From assembly GCA_045806525.1 (NCBI GenBank), contig JBJMJD010000105.1:2680-66679 (forward strand): a stretch of 64,000 bases of DNA, given 5' to 3'. The notes below the pieces were generated by a model. The model saw only the letters and a list, made by a program, of their open reading frames with translations. It was not told the origin of the DNA and ran no database searches. Below are positions 51,463-60,935 of the stretch, piece after piece. Both the position numbers and the translations under genes were made by a program. Position 1 is the first letter of the stretch; the number at the start of each line of letters is the position of its first letter. This stretch comes from Gaiellales bacterium. GTDB taxonomy: Bacteria > Actinomycetota > Thermoleophilia > Gaiellales > JAICJC01.

Positions 51463-52573
51463 GGGCGGCGCCGCTGTCCGGGTCGAAGAAGTAGAGGCGG
51501 TCGACGTCGACGCTCACCCGCGTCGCGCCGCCCTCTGTCAGCGACGCGCGCCGCTCCAGCCGCGCGGTCAGCAGCGTGTCCGCCGCCATGCCCGCGGGGG
51601 CGAGGTAGGCGACCAGCTCCGAGCCCAGCGATTCCAGCCGCGACACCGTCACGTCGATCTGGCCGCCGCCGTCGCCTTCGGTGGCGAAGTCCTCGGGCCG
51701 GATGCCCAGCGTGACCGGCTTTCCCAGATAGCCGCGCAGCGCCGGTCGCTGCTCCAGCAGCGTCGGCGCCGCCAGCCGCGCGCCGCCCACGCTGACGGCG
51801 CAGCCGTCACCCTCTGGCTCCAGCCCGGCCGGCAGCAGGTTCATCGAGGGCGAGCCGATGAACCCGGCCACGAACGCGTTCACCGGCCGGTCGTAGACCT
51901 GGTCGGGCGTGCCCAGCTGCTGCAGCAGCCCGTCGCGCAGGATCGCCACGCGGTCGCCCATCGTCATCGCCTCGGTCTGGTCGTGGGTGACGTACAGGGT
52001 AGGAGCGGCGATCCGGCGCTGCACGCGGATGATCTCGCCGCGCATCTCCACCCGCAGCTTGGCGTCCAGGTTGGAGAGCGGCTCGTCCATCAGGAACGCC
52101 GAGGGCTCACGCACGATCGCGCGGCCCATCGCCACCCGCTGGCGCTGGCCGCCCGAGAGCTGCCGCGGCTTGCGGTTGAGCAGCTCGGTCAGGCCCAGCA
52201 TCACCGCCGCCTCGTCGACCCGCCGGCGGATCTCGTCCTTCGGCATCCGCGCCATCTTGAGGCCGAACGCCATGTTGTTGCGCACCGTCATGTGCGCGTA
52301 GAGCGCGTAGTTCTGAAACACCATCGCGATGTCGCGGTCGCGCGGCGGCAGCCTGGTCACCACCCGGTCGTTGATCCGGATCTGGCCCTCGGTGACCGGC
52401 TCGAGGCCGGCCACCATCCGCAGGGCGGTGGTCTTGCCGCATCCGGACGGGCCGACCAGCACCAGGAACTCCCCCGGCTGCACCTCCAGGCTCAGGTTGT
52501 CGACCGCGACAACGCCGCCGGGGAAGTGCTTGGTGACCGACTCCAGCGTGATCGTGCCGGTGGCGGCGGTCAT
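51455..52573 (-). CDS. ABC sugar transporter ATP-binding protein (MalK/MsiK-like)
   Basis: ATG at 52573. GPSGCGKTT, LSGGQRQRVAMGRA and FLMDEPLSNLDA. Its 3' end overlaps the GH38 3' end by 8 nt. Confidence 0.9.
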   Translation of the reverse strand: MTAATGTITLESVTKHFPGGVVAVDNLSLEVQPGEFLVLVGPSGCGKTTALRMVAGLEPVTEGQIRINDRVVTRLPPRDRDIAMVFQNYALYAHMTVRNNMAFGLKMARMPKDEIRRRVDEAAVMLGLTELLNRKPRQLSGGQRQRVAMGRAIVREPSAFLMDEPLSNLDAKLRVEMRGEIIRVQRRIAAPTLYVTHDQTEAMTMGDRVAILRDGLLQQLGTPDQVYDRPVNAFVAGFIGSPSMNLLPAGLEPEGDGCAVSVGGARLAAPTLLEQRPALRGYLGKPVTLGIRPEDFATEGDGGGQIDVTVSRLESLGSELVAYLAPAGMAADTLLTARLERRASLTEGGATRVSVDVDRLYFFDPDSGAALS

Positions 52574-53430
52574 CACGAGCCCGCCAGCATGCCGGTGATG
52601 CGCTTGTTCAGGATCAGCGCCAGCAGCGCCGGCGGGATCAGCGCCAGCACGCCGCCCGCGGCCAGGATCGGGTAGTTGGTCGTGTACTTTCCGACGTACT
52701 CGGTGATCAGCACCGTCACCGGTTTCGCGTTCTGGGTCTGGGTGAGCAGCAGCGGGATCAGGAACTCGCCCCAGACCGAGAGCGCCAGGATCGCCGCCAC
52801 CGCCGCGATGCCGGAGCTCATCTGCGGGATCACCACCCGCACGAATGCCTGCCAGCGCCGGCAGCCGTCGATCAGCGCCGCCTCCTCCGGCTCGGCCGGC
52901 ATCTCTCGCACCTGCGTGTACAGCAACCAGGTGGCGAGCGGCGTCAGCGTGGCCACGAACACCAGCACCAGGCCCTTCTTGGTGTCGATCAGGTGGGCGT
53001 TCGCCATCAGCTTGAACAGCGCGATCACGACCACGAAGATGGGTACCACCATCGTGCCGACCAGCACCGCCAGCAGGAACCCGCCGAACCGGAATCGCAG
53101 CCGGCCGAAGGCATAGGCAGCCATCGTGGCCACCACCAGCGTCAGCCCTGCGGACAGCAGCGCCAGCTCGGCGCTGACCCACATCGACTGCACGAACTCG
53201 CCCTCCTGGGTGACGGTGCCGCCTGAGTGCTGGCCGGTGGTGCCGCCGATCAGCGCGCGGTAGGCCTGGGTGGTGGGATTGTGCGGCAGCCAGTGGCTGG
53301 GCCCCTCGTTCACCTCGCGCTGGGTGGACAGGCTGGTGGTGACGCCCAGCACGATCGGGGCCAGCGACCAGACCACGATCAGCGTCACGGCCAGCGCCTT
53401 CAGCACGCGCATGCCCAGCGTCGTGGTCAT
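52573..53430 (-). CDS. carbohydrate ABC transporter permease (MalG-like)
   Basis: 285 aa. EEAALIDGCRRWQAFVRVVIPQM. Confidence 0.9.
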   Translation of the reverse strand: MTTTLGMRVLKALAVTLIVVWSLAPIVLGVTTSLSTQREVNEGPSHWLPHNPTTQAYRALIGGTTGQHSGGTVTQEGEFVQSMWVSAELALLSAGLTLVVATMAAYAFGRLRFRFGGFLLAVLVGTMVVPIFVVVIALFKLMANAHLIDTKKGLVLVFVATLTPLATWLLYTQVREMPAEPEEAALIDGCRRWQAFVRVVIPQMSSGIAAVAAILALSVWGEFLIPLLLTQTQNAKPVTVLITEYVGKYTTNYPILAAGGVLALIPPALLALILNKRITGMLAGS

Positions 53431-54329
53431 ACGGTCGACCTCCGCAGCGCCAGCGCGTAGAACCCGCCGAGGACGGCGGTGACCGCGGCCAGCACGAACG
53501 CGAGGGCGGTGCCGTGCGCGAAGTCGGCCTCGACGAACGTGGTGTTGTAGACCTGGATCAGGATCGAGCGCGTGTTCAGGGCAGTGCCGTTCAGCACGTA
53601 GATCTCATCGAAGATGCTGATCGCAAGCAGCGTGCCGACGGTCAGCGCGATCGCCATGGACGGTCGCAGCAGGGGCAGGGTGATGTAACGGAACTGGCGC
53701 CACGGGCCGGCTCCGTCGACGGCGGAGGCGCTGTAGACCTCGTCGGGCACGCTCTGCAGCCCGGCCAGGAAGATCAGGCTGATCAGCGGCAGCACCCCCC
53801 ACACGTGCACGAGCGTGATGTAGACGATCGCGCCGCGGCCGCTGGCCAGCCACACGTGCGGCTGGTGGATGATGTGCAGATGCAGCAGCACGCTGTTCAG
53901 GAGGCCGTTGTCCGGGTCGAACACCCTGCGCCAGAGCACGCCCGAGACCACCGACGGAAGCGCCCAGGGTAGGACCAGCACGGCCAGCACGAAGCCGCGC
54001 CCGCGGAACACCCTGTGCAGGGTGACGGCCACGAAGATGCCCAGCACCAGCTCCAGCGAGACCGCCAGCAGCACGTACTCCACCGTGTGGCGCATCGCGT
54101 CGCGCGAGGTCGGGTCGTTCAGCACGTCGCGGTAGTTGCGCGTGCCGACGTAGCCCGGCAGCTCGCCGAACAGGATGCCGCCTGACTGGATGCTCTGCTG
54201 GAAGCCCTTGACGAGCGGATAGAGGATCAGCCCGCCGACGGCGACCATCGCGGGGACGACCAGGATCCACCCAAGGATCTGGGTCTCGCGGGCGCTGCGA
54301 TCGCCCTCCCGGTTCCAGCGGCCCGGCAC
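53427..54329 (-). CDS. carbohydrate ABC transporter permease (MalF-like)
   Basis: 300 aa. YSASAVDGAGPWRQFRYITLPLL. Confidence 0.9.
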   Translation of the reverse strand: MPGRWNREGDRSARETQILGWILVVPAMVAVGGLILYPLVKGFQQSIQSGGILFGELPGYVGTRNYRDVLNDPTSRDAMRHTVEYVLLAVSLELVLGIFVAVTLHRVFRGRGFVLAVLVLPWALPSVVSGVLWRRVFDPDNGLLNSVLLHLHIIHQPHVWLASGRGAIVYITLVHVWGVLPLISLIFLAGLQSVPDEVYSASAVDGAGPWRQFRYITLPLLRPSMAIALTVGTLLAISIFDEIYVLNGTALNTRSILIQVYNTTFVEADFAHGTALAFVLAAVTAVLGGFYALALRRSTV

Positions 54330-55618
54330 TACTGGGTGCGCGCGGACGCCTTGTCAGCGAGCTGGGTGAGCGCGTCCTGCACGCTCATCTGGCCCTTGAC
54401 AGCCGCGTTGGCCAGCCCCTGCGCGTCGGCGCTGAACTGGGAGTACCAGATTGGCGCCCCGGCCTGGAACAGCGGGCCGACGTGGGCCAGCTCCTGGTTG
54501 AGGACGTCGCCACCCTGCAGCTGGCCCGTCGCCACCATCTCCTTGATGGTCGACGTCCCGCAGGGCAGGCTGCCCTGGGTCTTGTAGATCGCGATCGCGT
54601 TCTTGGGCTGCTCCCACCAGTTGATGAAGGCCGCGGCGGCAGCCTTGTGCTTGGCCGTGACCGGGATCGAGAGCCCCTCCGGCAGGCCGAACGAGGCGCC
54701 CGGGCCGTCGACGCCAGGCACCAGGCCCAGGGCCGCCTTGCCGACGATGCTGGACTGGCTGGGGTCGTTGGCGGTGGGCAGGTTGCCGGGGCCGGTCGCG
54801 AACAGGATCGCGCTCTGGCCCGCCAGGAAGTCGTTCAGGGCGACGTCGTCGTTCAACGCCACCGAGCCCGGGGACACCCAGCCGTTCTTGACCGCGTCCG
54901 CCTCCCACTGCAGCGCCTTGTAGCCCGCCGAATCGGGTGTCTGGAAGACAGGCTTCAGGTTCTGGTCGAACAGCTGCCCACCCATCGCCAGCGTCAGCAG
55001 GTACCACGGGGTGATGCCGCCCTCGGTGGCCGCCATCGGGATCTGCAGCGGGTACTTGACGCCCGATGCCTGCAGCTTCTGGACGTCCGTCGCCAGCTCG
55101 TCGAACGTGGCCGGGAACGAGGTGATGCCCGCCTTGGCGAACATCTGCTTGTTGTACATGGACAGCCGGAAGTCGTTCGAGTAGCAGGCCGCGTAGGTCT
55201 TGCCGCCGGACACGAACGCGGCGTCGGTGCTCTTGAGGTCGGCCAGCGTCTTCGCCGGCAGCAGGTTGTCGAGGGGCTCGACCCAGCCCGCGCCGGCGAA
55301 CTGGCCGGTGAACGACCAGTCGAACTCGGCCACGTCGGCGATGTAGGTCTTGGCCGTGTTCGCGACGATCAGCTTGTTGTGGGTGGCATCCCATCCGGTG
55401 CGGACGTAGTTGACCTTGACGCCCGTCTCCTTGGTGAACTGGTTGAGCAGCGACTGGGGCATCACGTAGGGCACGAGCACGGTGATCGTCTGGCCGCTGA
55501 TCGACTCGCTCGAGGCGCTGGAACCGCTCGAGCTGGAGCTGCCGCCGCACGACGCCGCGAACAGCGCGGCCGCGATCGCCATCGCCGAGGTCAGTGTCCA
55601 CCGCAGTCGTCGGTTCAC
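54329..55618 (-). CDS. ABC sugar-binding lipoprotein (family 1)
   Basis: GTG at 55618 preceded by AGGGAGA. Lipobox AAALFAASCGGSSSSS. The track ORF start at 55714 is an extension. Confidence 0.85.
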   Translation of the reverse strand: MNRRLRWTLTSAMAIAAALFAASCGGSSSSSGSSASSESISGQTITVLVPYVMPQSLLNQFTKETGVKVNYVRTGWDATHNKLIVANTAKTYIADVAEFDWSFTGQFAGAGWVEPLDNLLPAKTLADLKSTDAAFVSGGKTYAACYSNDFRLSMYNKQMFAKAGITSFPATFDELATDVQKLQASGVKYPLQIPMAATEGGITPWYLLTLAMGGQLFDQNLKPVFQTPDSAGYKALQWEADAVKNGWVSPGSVALNDDVALNDFLAGQSAILFATGPGNLPTANDPSQSSIVGKAALGLVPGVDGPGASFGLPEGLSIPVTAKHKAAAAAFINWWEQPKNAIAIYKTQGSLPCGTSTIKEMVATGQLQGGDVLNQELAHVGPLFQAGAPIWYSQFSADAQGLANAAVKGQMSVQDALTQLADKASARTQ

Positions 55619-55683
55619 AACGTCTCCCTCGTTGCAGGTTGGGCGCTCATCGGAGCGAGCGGAGCGCCATACTACGAGACCGT

Positions 55684-57603
55684 ATGGGCGGATTACAAGA
55701 GCGCGCTGTGACACACCCGCTGGATCCGCTGGATGCGGCCGAGATCGAATCGGCGGCCGGCGCGTGCCGCAGCCGCGACCTGGGTGAGGACAGCCGCTTC
55801 GTCACGATCGCGCTGGCGGAGCCCGAAAAGCGGGTGCTGCTGGAGTGGGAACAGGGTGGCGCCGAGCCCCACAGGGAAGCGGAGGTCGTGATCCTCGACC
55901 GTTCCGCGCGTGAGACGGTGGAGGCGACCGTGGCGGTGGGCGCGGGTGAGGTCACCCGCTGGGTGCGGCGTGCTGACATCCAGCCGATGGCGGTCGTGTC
56001 AGAGCTGGTCGAGGCGGAGCAGGCGGTGCTGCTCGACCCGGACTTCCAGGCAGCGATGGCGCGGCGCGGCGTCACCGACATGGGCACCGTGCAGGTGGAC
56101 GCGTGGCCCGCCGGCCACTTCGGCCCCGACGAGGAGACGGGCCAGCGGCTGTGCCGGGCCGTGGCCTTCCTGAAGCCGGCGCCGGGTGACAGCGAGTGGG
56201 CGCATCCCGTCGACGGGGTGATCGTGCTGCTCGACCTGAACACGCTCGAGGTGCTGCGGGTGGACGACCACGGGCTGGTGCCGATCCCGCCCGAGAGCGG
56301 CAACTTCGACGTCGCCGCCGGGGCGCCGCTGCGCGACGACATCGCGCCGCTTCTGATCACGCAGCCCCACGGCCCCGGCTTCACCCTGGAGGGACACCTG
56401 CTGCGCTGGCAGCGCTGGCAGCTGCACGTCGGGTTCACCCCGCGCGAGGGACTGGTGCTGAACCGCGTGGGCTACGAGGACGGCGGCCGACTGCGGCCGA
56501 TCCTGTACCGGGCCTCGCTCTCGGAGATGGTGGTGCCCTACGGCGATCCCGGTCCCATGCACTACTTCAAGAACGCCTTCGACGGCGGCGAGAACGGCGT
56601 GGGCCTGGCGGCGTCGCCGCTCACGCGCGGCTGCGACTGCCTGGGCGAGATCGCCTACCTGGACGCCGTCGTGTCCGACCCATCCGGCGCGCCGGTGCTG
56701 ATACCGAACGCGATCTGCATCCACGAGGAGGACGTGGGCGTGCTGTGGCGGCACATCGAGTGGCGCGACGGCTCGGGCGAGGTGCGGCGCTCGCGGCGGC
56801 TGGTGGTTTCGTCGTTCTCGGCGATCGGCAACTACGACTACGGGTTCTTCTGGTACCTGTACCAGGACGGCACGATCGAGTTCGAGGTGAAGCTGACCGG
56901 GGTGCTCTCGACCGGCGCCGTGGCCCCTGGCGTCCAGCCCGAGCACGGCACCCTTGTGGCGCCGGGGCTGAACGCGATGGTGCACCAGCACTTCTTCAAC
57001 ATGCGGCTCGACCTGGACGTCGACGGGCAGCGAAACGGTGTCGACGAGGTCTGGACGGAGTCGCTTCCGCCGGGCGCCGGAAACCCCCACGGCAACGGCT
57101 TCCGGCCCCGGCGGCAGCGCCTGGCCACCGAGCACGCCGCCCGGCGCACCGTCGACACGCGCTCGGCTCGGTGGTGGGAGATCGTCAATCCGGAGCGGCT
57201 GCATCGCCTGGGGCAGCCGGTCGCCTACCGGTTGGTGCCTGGAGAGACAACGTTCCCGTTCGCGCAGCCCGACGCTCCCGTCAGCAAGCGCGCCGGCTTC
57301 ATCCGCCATCACCTGTGGGTGACGCCGTACCGCCGCGACGAGCGCTACGCGGCCGGGGAGTACCCCAACCTGCACGCGGGCGGTGCCGGCCTGCCGGAGT
57401 GGACGAGCGGCGACCGGCCGATCGACGGCGAGGACATCGTGGTCTGGTATACGTTCGGCCACCACCACGTTCCCCGGCCCGAGGACTGGCCGGTGATGCC
57501 GGTGGCGACGGCGGGGTTCAAGCTGAAGCCGGTCGGGTTCTTCGAGCGGAACCCGGCGCTCGACGTCCCGCCGTCCCAGCCGGACTCTGACCACCACTGC
57601 TGA
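55684..57603 (+). CDS. copper-containing primary-amine oxidase (topaquinone enzyme)
   Basis: NYDYGFFWYLYQDG carries the TPQ precursor Tyr in N-Y-D/E-Y. Copper histidines are in VHQHFF and FGHHHVPRPEDWPVMP. No signal peptide is seen. Alternative GTG start at 55711. Confidence 0.9.
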   Translation: MGGLQERAVTHPLDPLDAAEIESAAGACRSRDLGEDSRFVTIALAEPEKRVLLEWEQGGAEPHREAEVVILDRSARETVEATVAVGAGEVTRWVRRADIQPMAVVSELVEAEQAVLLDPDFQAAMARRGVTDMGTVQVDAWPAGHFGPDEETGQRLCRAVAFLKPAPGDSEWAHPVDGVIVLLDLNTLEVLRVDDHGLVPIPPESGNFDVAAGAPLRDDIAPLLITQPHGPGFTLEGHLLRWQRWQLHVGFTPREGLVLNRVGYEDGGRLRPILYRASLSEMVVPYGDPGPMHYFKNAFDGGENGVGLAASPLTRGCDCLGEIAYLDAVVSDPSGAPVLIPNAICIHEEDVGVLWRHIEWRDGSGEVRRSRRLVVSSFSAIGNYDYGFFWYLYQDGTIEFEVKLTGVLSTGAVAPGVQPEHGTLVAPGLNAMVHQHFFNMRLDLDVDGQRNGVDEVWTESLPPGAGNPHGNGFRPRRQRLATEHAARRTVDTRSARWWEIVNPERLHRLGQPVAYRLVPGETTFPFAQPDAPVSKRAGFIRHHLWVTPYRRDERYAAGEYPNLHAGGAGLPEWTSGDRPIDGEDIVVWYTFGHHHVPRPEDWPVMPVATAGFKLKPVGFFERNPALDVPPSQPDSDHHC

Positions 57604-57604
57604 G

Positions 57605-58324
57605 ATGGGAGCCGCCGTGAGCACACTCGAGGGGCGCGTGGCGCTGGTGACCGGAGCCAGCAGCGGCATCGGCACGGCAACGGCGCAGGCGCTGGCCGCC
57701 GGCGGGGCGAGGCTGGCGCTGGCATCACGCCGCGCCGACGACCTCGGCATCGACGGCGCCCTGGCACGACCCTGCGACGTGCGCCGGCCCGAGCAGATCG
57801 AGGCGCTGGTGGCGGAGGCGGTCGAGCGCTTCGGCGGGATCGACATCGTGGTCGCGAACGCGGGGGTTGGTGCCTACGGCGACTTCCTCGAGCTCGAACC
57901 GGAGCACCTCGAGGAGATGATCGACACCAACGTCAAGGGGCTGCTGTACACGGTGCGGGCCGCCCTGCCCCACCTGCTGGGCTCAGACAGCGCCGACCTC
58001 GTGGTGGTCGCGTCGGTGGCGGGGCAGCGCGGGCCGGAGGGCGAGGCCGTGTACTCGGCGTCGAAGTTCGCCCAGGTCGGGTTCATGCGCTCGCTCGACC
58101 ACGAGCTGTACCGTCGCGGCGTGCGCTGCTCCACGATCGCGCCGGGCGGGGTGCACACCGAGTTCGCCATGGGCCGCGGCCGCACGCCGCAGGATCCCGA
58201 CCTGGCGGACATGATGCGGCCGCAAGAGGTCGCCGACGCCGTGCTGCATGCGGTCACGCGGCCGCGCACGTACCGCGTGCTGGAGGCGACGATCCTGCCC
58301 ATGAGCGACGACTCGATGAACTGA
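57605..58324 (+). CDS. short-chain dehydrogenase/reductase (classical SDR)
   Basis: TGASSGIG cofactor motif and the YSASK catalytic pair. It starts 1 nt after the amine oxidase stop. Confidence 0.9.
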   Translation: MGAAVSTLEGRVALVTGASSGIGTATAQALAAGGARLALASRRADDLGIDGALARPCDVRRPEQIEALVAEAVERFGGIDIVVANAGVGAYGDFLELEPEHLEEMIDTNVKGLLYTVRAALPHLLGSDSADLVVVASVAGQRGPEGEAVYSASKFAQVGFMRSLDHELYRRGVRCSTIAPGGVHTEFAMGRGRTPQDPDLADMMRPQEVADAVLHAVTRPRTYRVLEATILPMSDDSMN

Positions 58325-58346
58325 CCCCAGCGAAAGGACCCGGCAG

Positions 58347-59678
58347 ATGGCAACCAAGGTCACGATCATCGGCGGAGGCAGCAGCAGCTTCGTCCCGCTG
58401 CTGGTGCGGCGGCTGATGCAGTCGCCCGTCCTGGGCTCCTCGCAGGTGACGCTGATGGACGTCGACGAGAGCCGGCTGTCGGTCATGCAGTCGCTGGCGG
58501 ACAAGCTGATCGCCAACGAGAACAGCGAGCTGCGGGTCACCAGCACCACCGACCAGCGCGAGTCGCTGGCCGGCGCCGACTTCGTGATCGCCGCCATCTC
58601 GGTCGGCGGCATGGACGCCTGGGCCAACGACCTCGAGATCCCCGGCCGCCACGGCATCGTCATGCACGTCGGCGACTCGGTCGGGCCGGGCGGGATCATG
58701 CGCGCCTTCCGAAACGCGCCGGTGCTGGCCGACGTGGCCCGCAACGCCGCCGAGGTGGCGCCGGACGCGTGGGTGTTCAACTACACCAACCCGGCCCCGA
58801 TCGAGGCGCTGGCGATGCGGGCGGCGGCGCCGCAGGTTCGCTCCTACGCGCTCTGCTCCTGCACCGGACATCCCAGCAGCCGGGAGTGGCTGGCCCACCA
58901 GGCAGGCGTCGAGCCCGACCGGATCGCGATGCCGCCGGTGGTGGCGGGGATCAACCACTGCGCATCGATTCAGCAGCTGCGGCTGACCGACGGCACCGAC
59001 GCGATGCCGCTGGTGCGCGAGCGCGCAACCGAGCCGATCGTGAAGTGGGTGCTCGACCGCTACGGGGTGCTGCCCTACTGCTGGTCGCACTGGACCGAGT
59101 TCTTCCCGCAGATGCAGCGGCTGGAGGCGCCCTACGCCGGCACCGCCCAGGGGGTGTCCATGCGCTACGGCATCACCACCCACGACATGGCGTATGAGCG
59201 GTCGCGCGTGCGCGGCCTCGAGCAGCTGGCCGAGACCTGGACCGCGGAGGGCGCCGCACCGGTGACGCTGGCCGACCTGCCGAAGGGAGACGAGGACGAG
59301 GGCATCGAGGTGATCGACCTGATCGAGGCGATCGTCGACAACGGCAACATCACGCTGGTCGTGAACGCGCCCAACCAGGGCACGATTCCCAACCTGCCTG
59401 ACGAGGCGATCGTCGAGGTGAACGCGCAGATCAACGCCTACGGCATCCGGCCGATCCAGACCGGCCCCCTGCCCGAGACGCTGGCGGCGCACCTGCGCCG
59501 CTTCTTCGACTTCCAGCAGCAGGTGGTGCTGGCGGCGCTGAGCGGCGATCGGGAGCATGCGCTGCACGCCTTCATGCTCGACCCCAACACCGCATCCCGG
59601 CTTGATCTCGACCAGACCCGCACCATGATGGACGAGATGCTGGAGGCGAACGCACAGCACCTGCCGCTGTTTGCCTGA
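58347..59678 (+). CDS. glycoside hydrolase family 4, AglA/alpha-glycosidase-like
   Basis: KVTIIGGGSSSF Rossmann, VTLMDVDESRL (compare T. maritima AglA VTLMDIDEERL, from memory), a CSC/GINH metal region, and a GAAAGGA Shine-Dalgarno. Confidence 0.85.
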   Translation: MATKVTIIGGGSSSFVPLLVRRLMQSPVLGSSQVTLMDVDESRLSVMQSLADKLIANENSELRVTSTTDQRESLAGADFVIAAISVGGMDAWANDLEIPGRHGIVMHVGDSVGPGGIMRAFRNAPVLADVARNAAEVAPDAWVFNYTNPAPIEALAMRAAAPQVRSYALCSCTGHPSSREWLAHQAGVEPDRIAMPPVVAGINHCASIQQLRLTDGTDAMPLVRERATEPIVKWVLDRYGVLPYCWSHWTEFFPQMQRLEAPYAGTAQGVSMRYGITTHDMAYERSRVRGLEQLAETWTAEGAAPVTLADLPKGDEDEGIEVIDLIEAIVDNGNITLVVNAPNQGTIPNLPDEAIVEVNAQINAYGIRPIQTGPLPETLAAHLRRFFDFQQQVVLAALSGDREHALHAFMLDPNTASRLDLDQTRTMMDEMLEANAQHLPLFA

Positions 59679-59736
59679 GCTCCCCTGAATTGCCTTCGCG
59701 CGTGCGGGCTGGCACCATGCATGCGAGGAACGACAC

Positions 59737-60879
59737 ATGGCCGGGCGACCTCACGGCTCCACCGGCACCGCCCCAGCGACTGGCGGCGACGTCGTCGCGC
59801 CCGGGGGCGGCAAGGCTGAGCAAGCATCGTCCGGGGACGTCGGCCGGCTCTACCGGGCGCTGGTCGAGCACGCCCGCGAGGCGGTCACGATCGTGGATGC
59901 GAGCGGCGTCGTCGTCTACCACAACCCCTCGATGGGCCGCGTGGTGGGGCGTCCGCCGGAGTGGTTCGAGGGCCGCTCGCCGCTCGAGCTGATGCCGCCC
60001 GAGGACGCCGCCCGCGCCCTGCGCGTGCTCCAGCAGCTGGCCGGCAAGCCGGGTGCCCAGCTACCGGGCGAGTTCCGGCTGCGGCACAGCGACGGATCGT
60101 GGCGCCGGGTCGAGGGCGTCGCCACGAACCTGTTGCACGATCCGGCCGTGCGCGGCATCGTGCTCAACTACCGCGACGTCACCGACGAGCGCAAGCACTC
60201 ACAGACGCTGCGCGACATCGAGCGGCGCCGGCAATCGCTGCTCGAGGAGATCATCAACGCCGAGAGCGAGCAGCGGTCGCGGATCGCGGGCGAGCTGCAC
60301 GACGACACGATCCAGGTGATGATCGCGTCGCTGTTCGAGCTGGACCGCAGCGACCGGCACCTGCGAAGCGGCGACGTGGAGGCGGCGCGTGGTGCCATCG
60401 CGAAGGCCCGCGCGACGCTGGCGGAAGCCACGGAGCGCACCCGCCGGCTCACCTTCGATCTGCGGCCGCAGCTGCTCGAGGCGGCCGGTCTGGGGCCGGC
60501 GATCCGTGACCTGGCCGACGCGCTGCACCGCGACACCGGGGCCGAGGTGACCGTGCGCACGCGGCTCGGCCGCTACCCGGTCGACATCGAGACGCTCGCC
60601 TACCGCACGATCCGGGAGGCGCTGATCAACGTGCGGCGGCACGCTCGCGCCGCCAACGTGGCGATCAGCGTCTCCGAGCGCCGGGGTGGATTGCACGCCA
60701 CCGTGCGCGACGACGGGCGCGGGTTTGCCGGCCAGCGGCGGCGGCCACGCACGTCCAAGAGCATGGGTATCGCCACAGCCCGCGAGCGCGTCCGCGCCCA
60801 TGGCGGCAGCTTCGACGTGACCTCCGCCCCCGGCGAGGGCACCACCGTGGAGTTCTCGCTGCCGCTGCCATCGGGGTAG
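59737..60879 (+). CDS. soluble PAS-domain sensor histidine kinase (HisKA_3 / NarL-partner type)
   Basis: A PAS region, the H-box SRIAGELHDDTIQ, and an HATPase_c tail (GGSFDVTSAPGEGTTVEFSLP). No TM segments. No response regulator is adjacent. Confidence 0.85.
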   Translation: MAGRPHGSTGTAPATGGDVVAPGGGKAEQASSGDVGRLYRALVEHAREAVTIVDASGVVVYHNPSMGRVVGRPPEWFEGRSPLELMPPEDAARALRVLQQLAGKPGAQLPGEFRLRHSDGSWRRVEGVATNLLHDPAVRGIVLNYRDVTDERKHSQTLRDIERRRQSLLEEIINAESEQRSRIAGELHDDTIQVMIASLFELDRSDRHLRSGDVEAARGAIAKARATLAEATERTRRLTFDLRPQLLEAAGLGPAIRDLADALHRDTGAEVTVRTRLGRYPVDIETLAYRTIREALINVRRHARAANVAISVSERRGGLHATVRDDGRGFAGQRRRPRTSKSMGIATARERVRAHGGSFDVTSAPGEGTTVEFSLPLPSG

Positions 60880-60935
60880 TGGGACGCCACCATCAGGCGC
60901 AGTCTCCAGGCGCATCAGTCCGCGGATTGTGCTAA

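Noticed and set aside
55999-57846. A 615-aa minus-strand ORF opposite the copper amine oxidase gene.
   Set aside because: The + strand product carries every hallmark motif of a copper amine oxidase, while the antisense translation is low-complexity.
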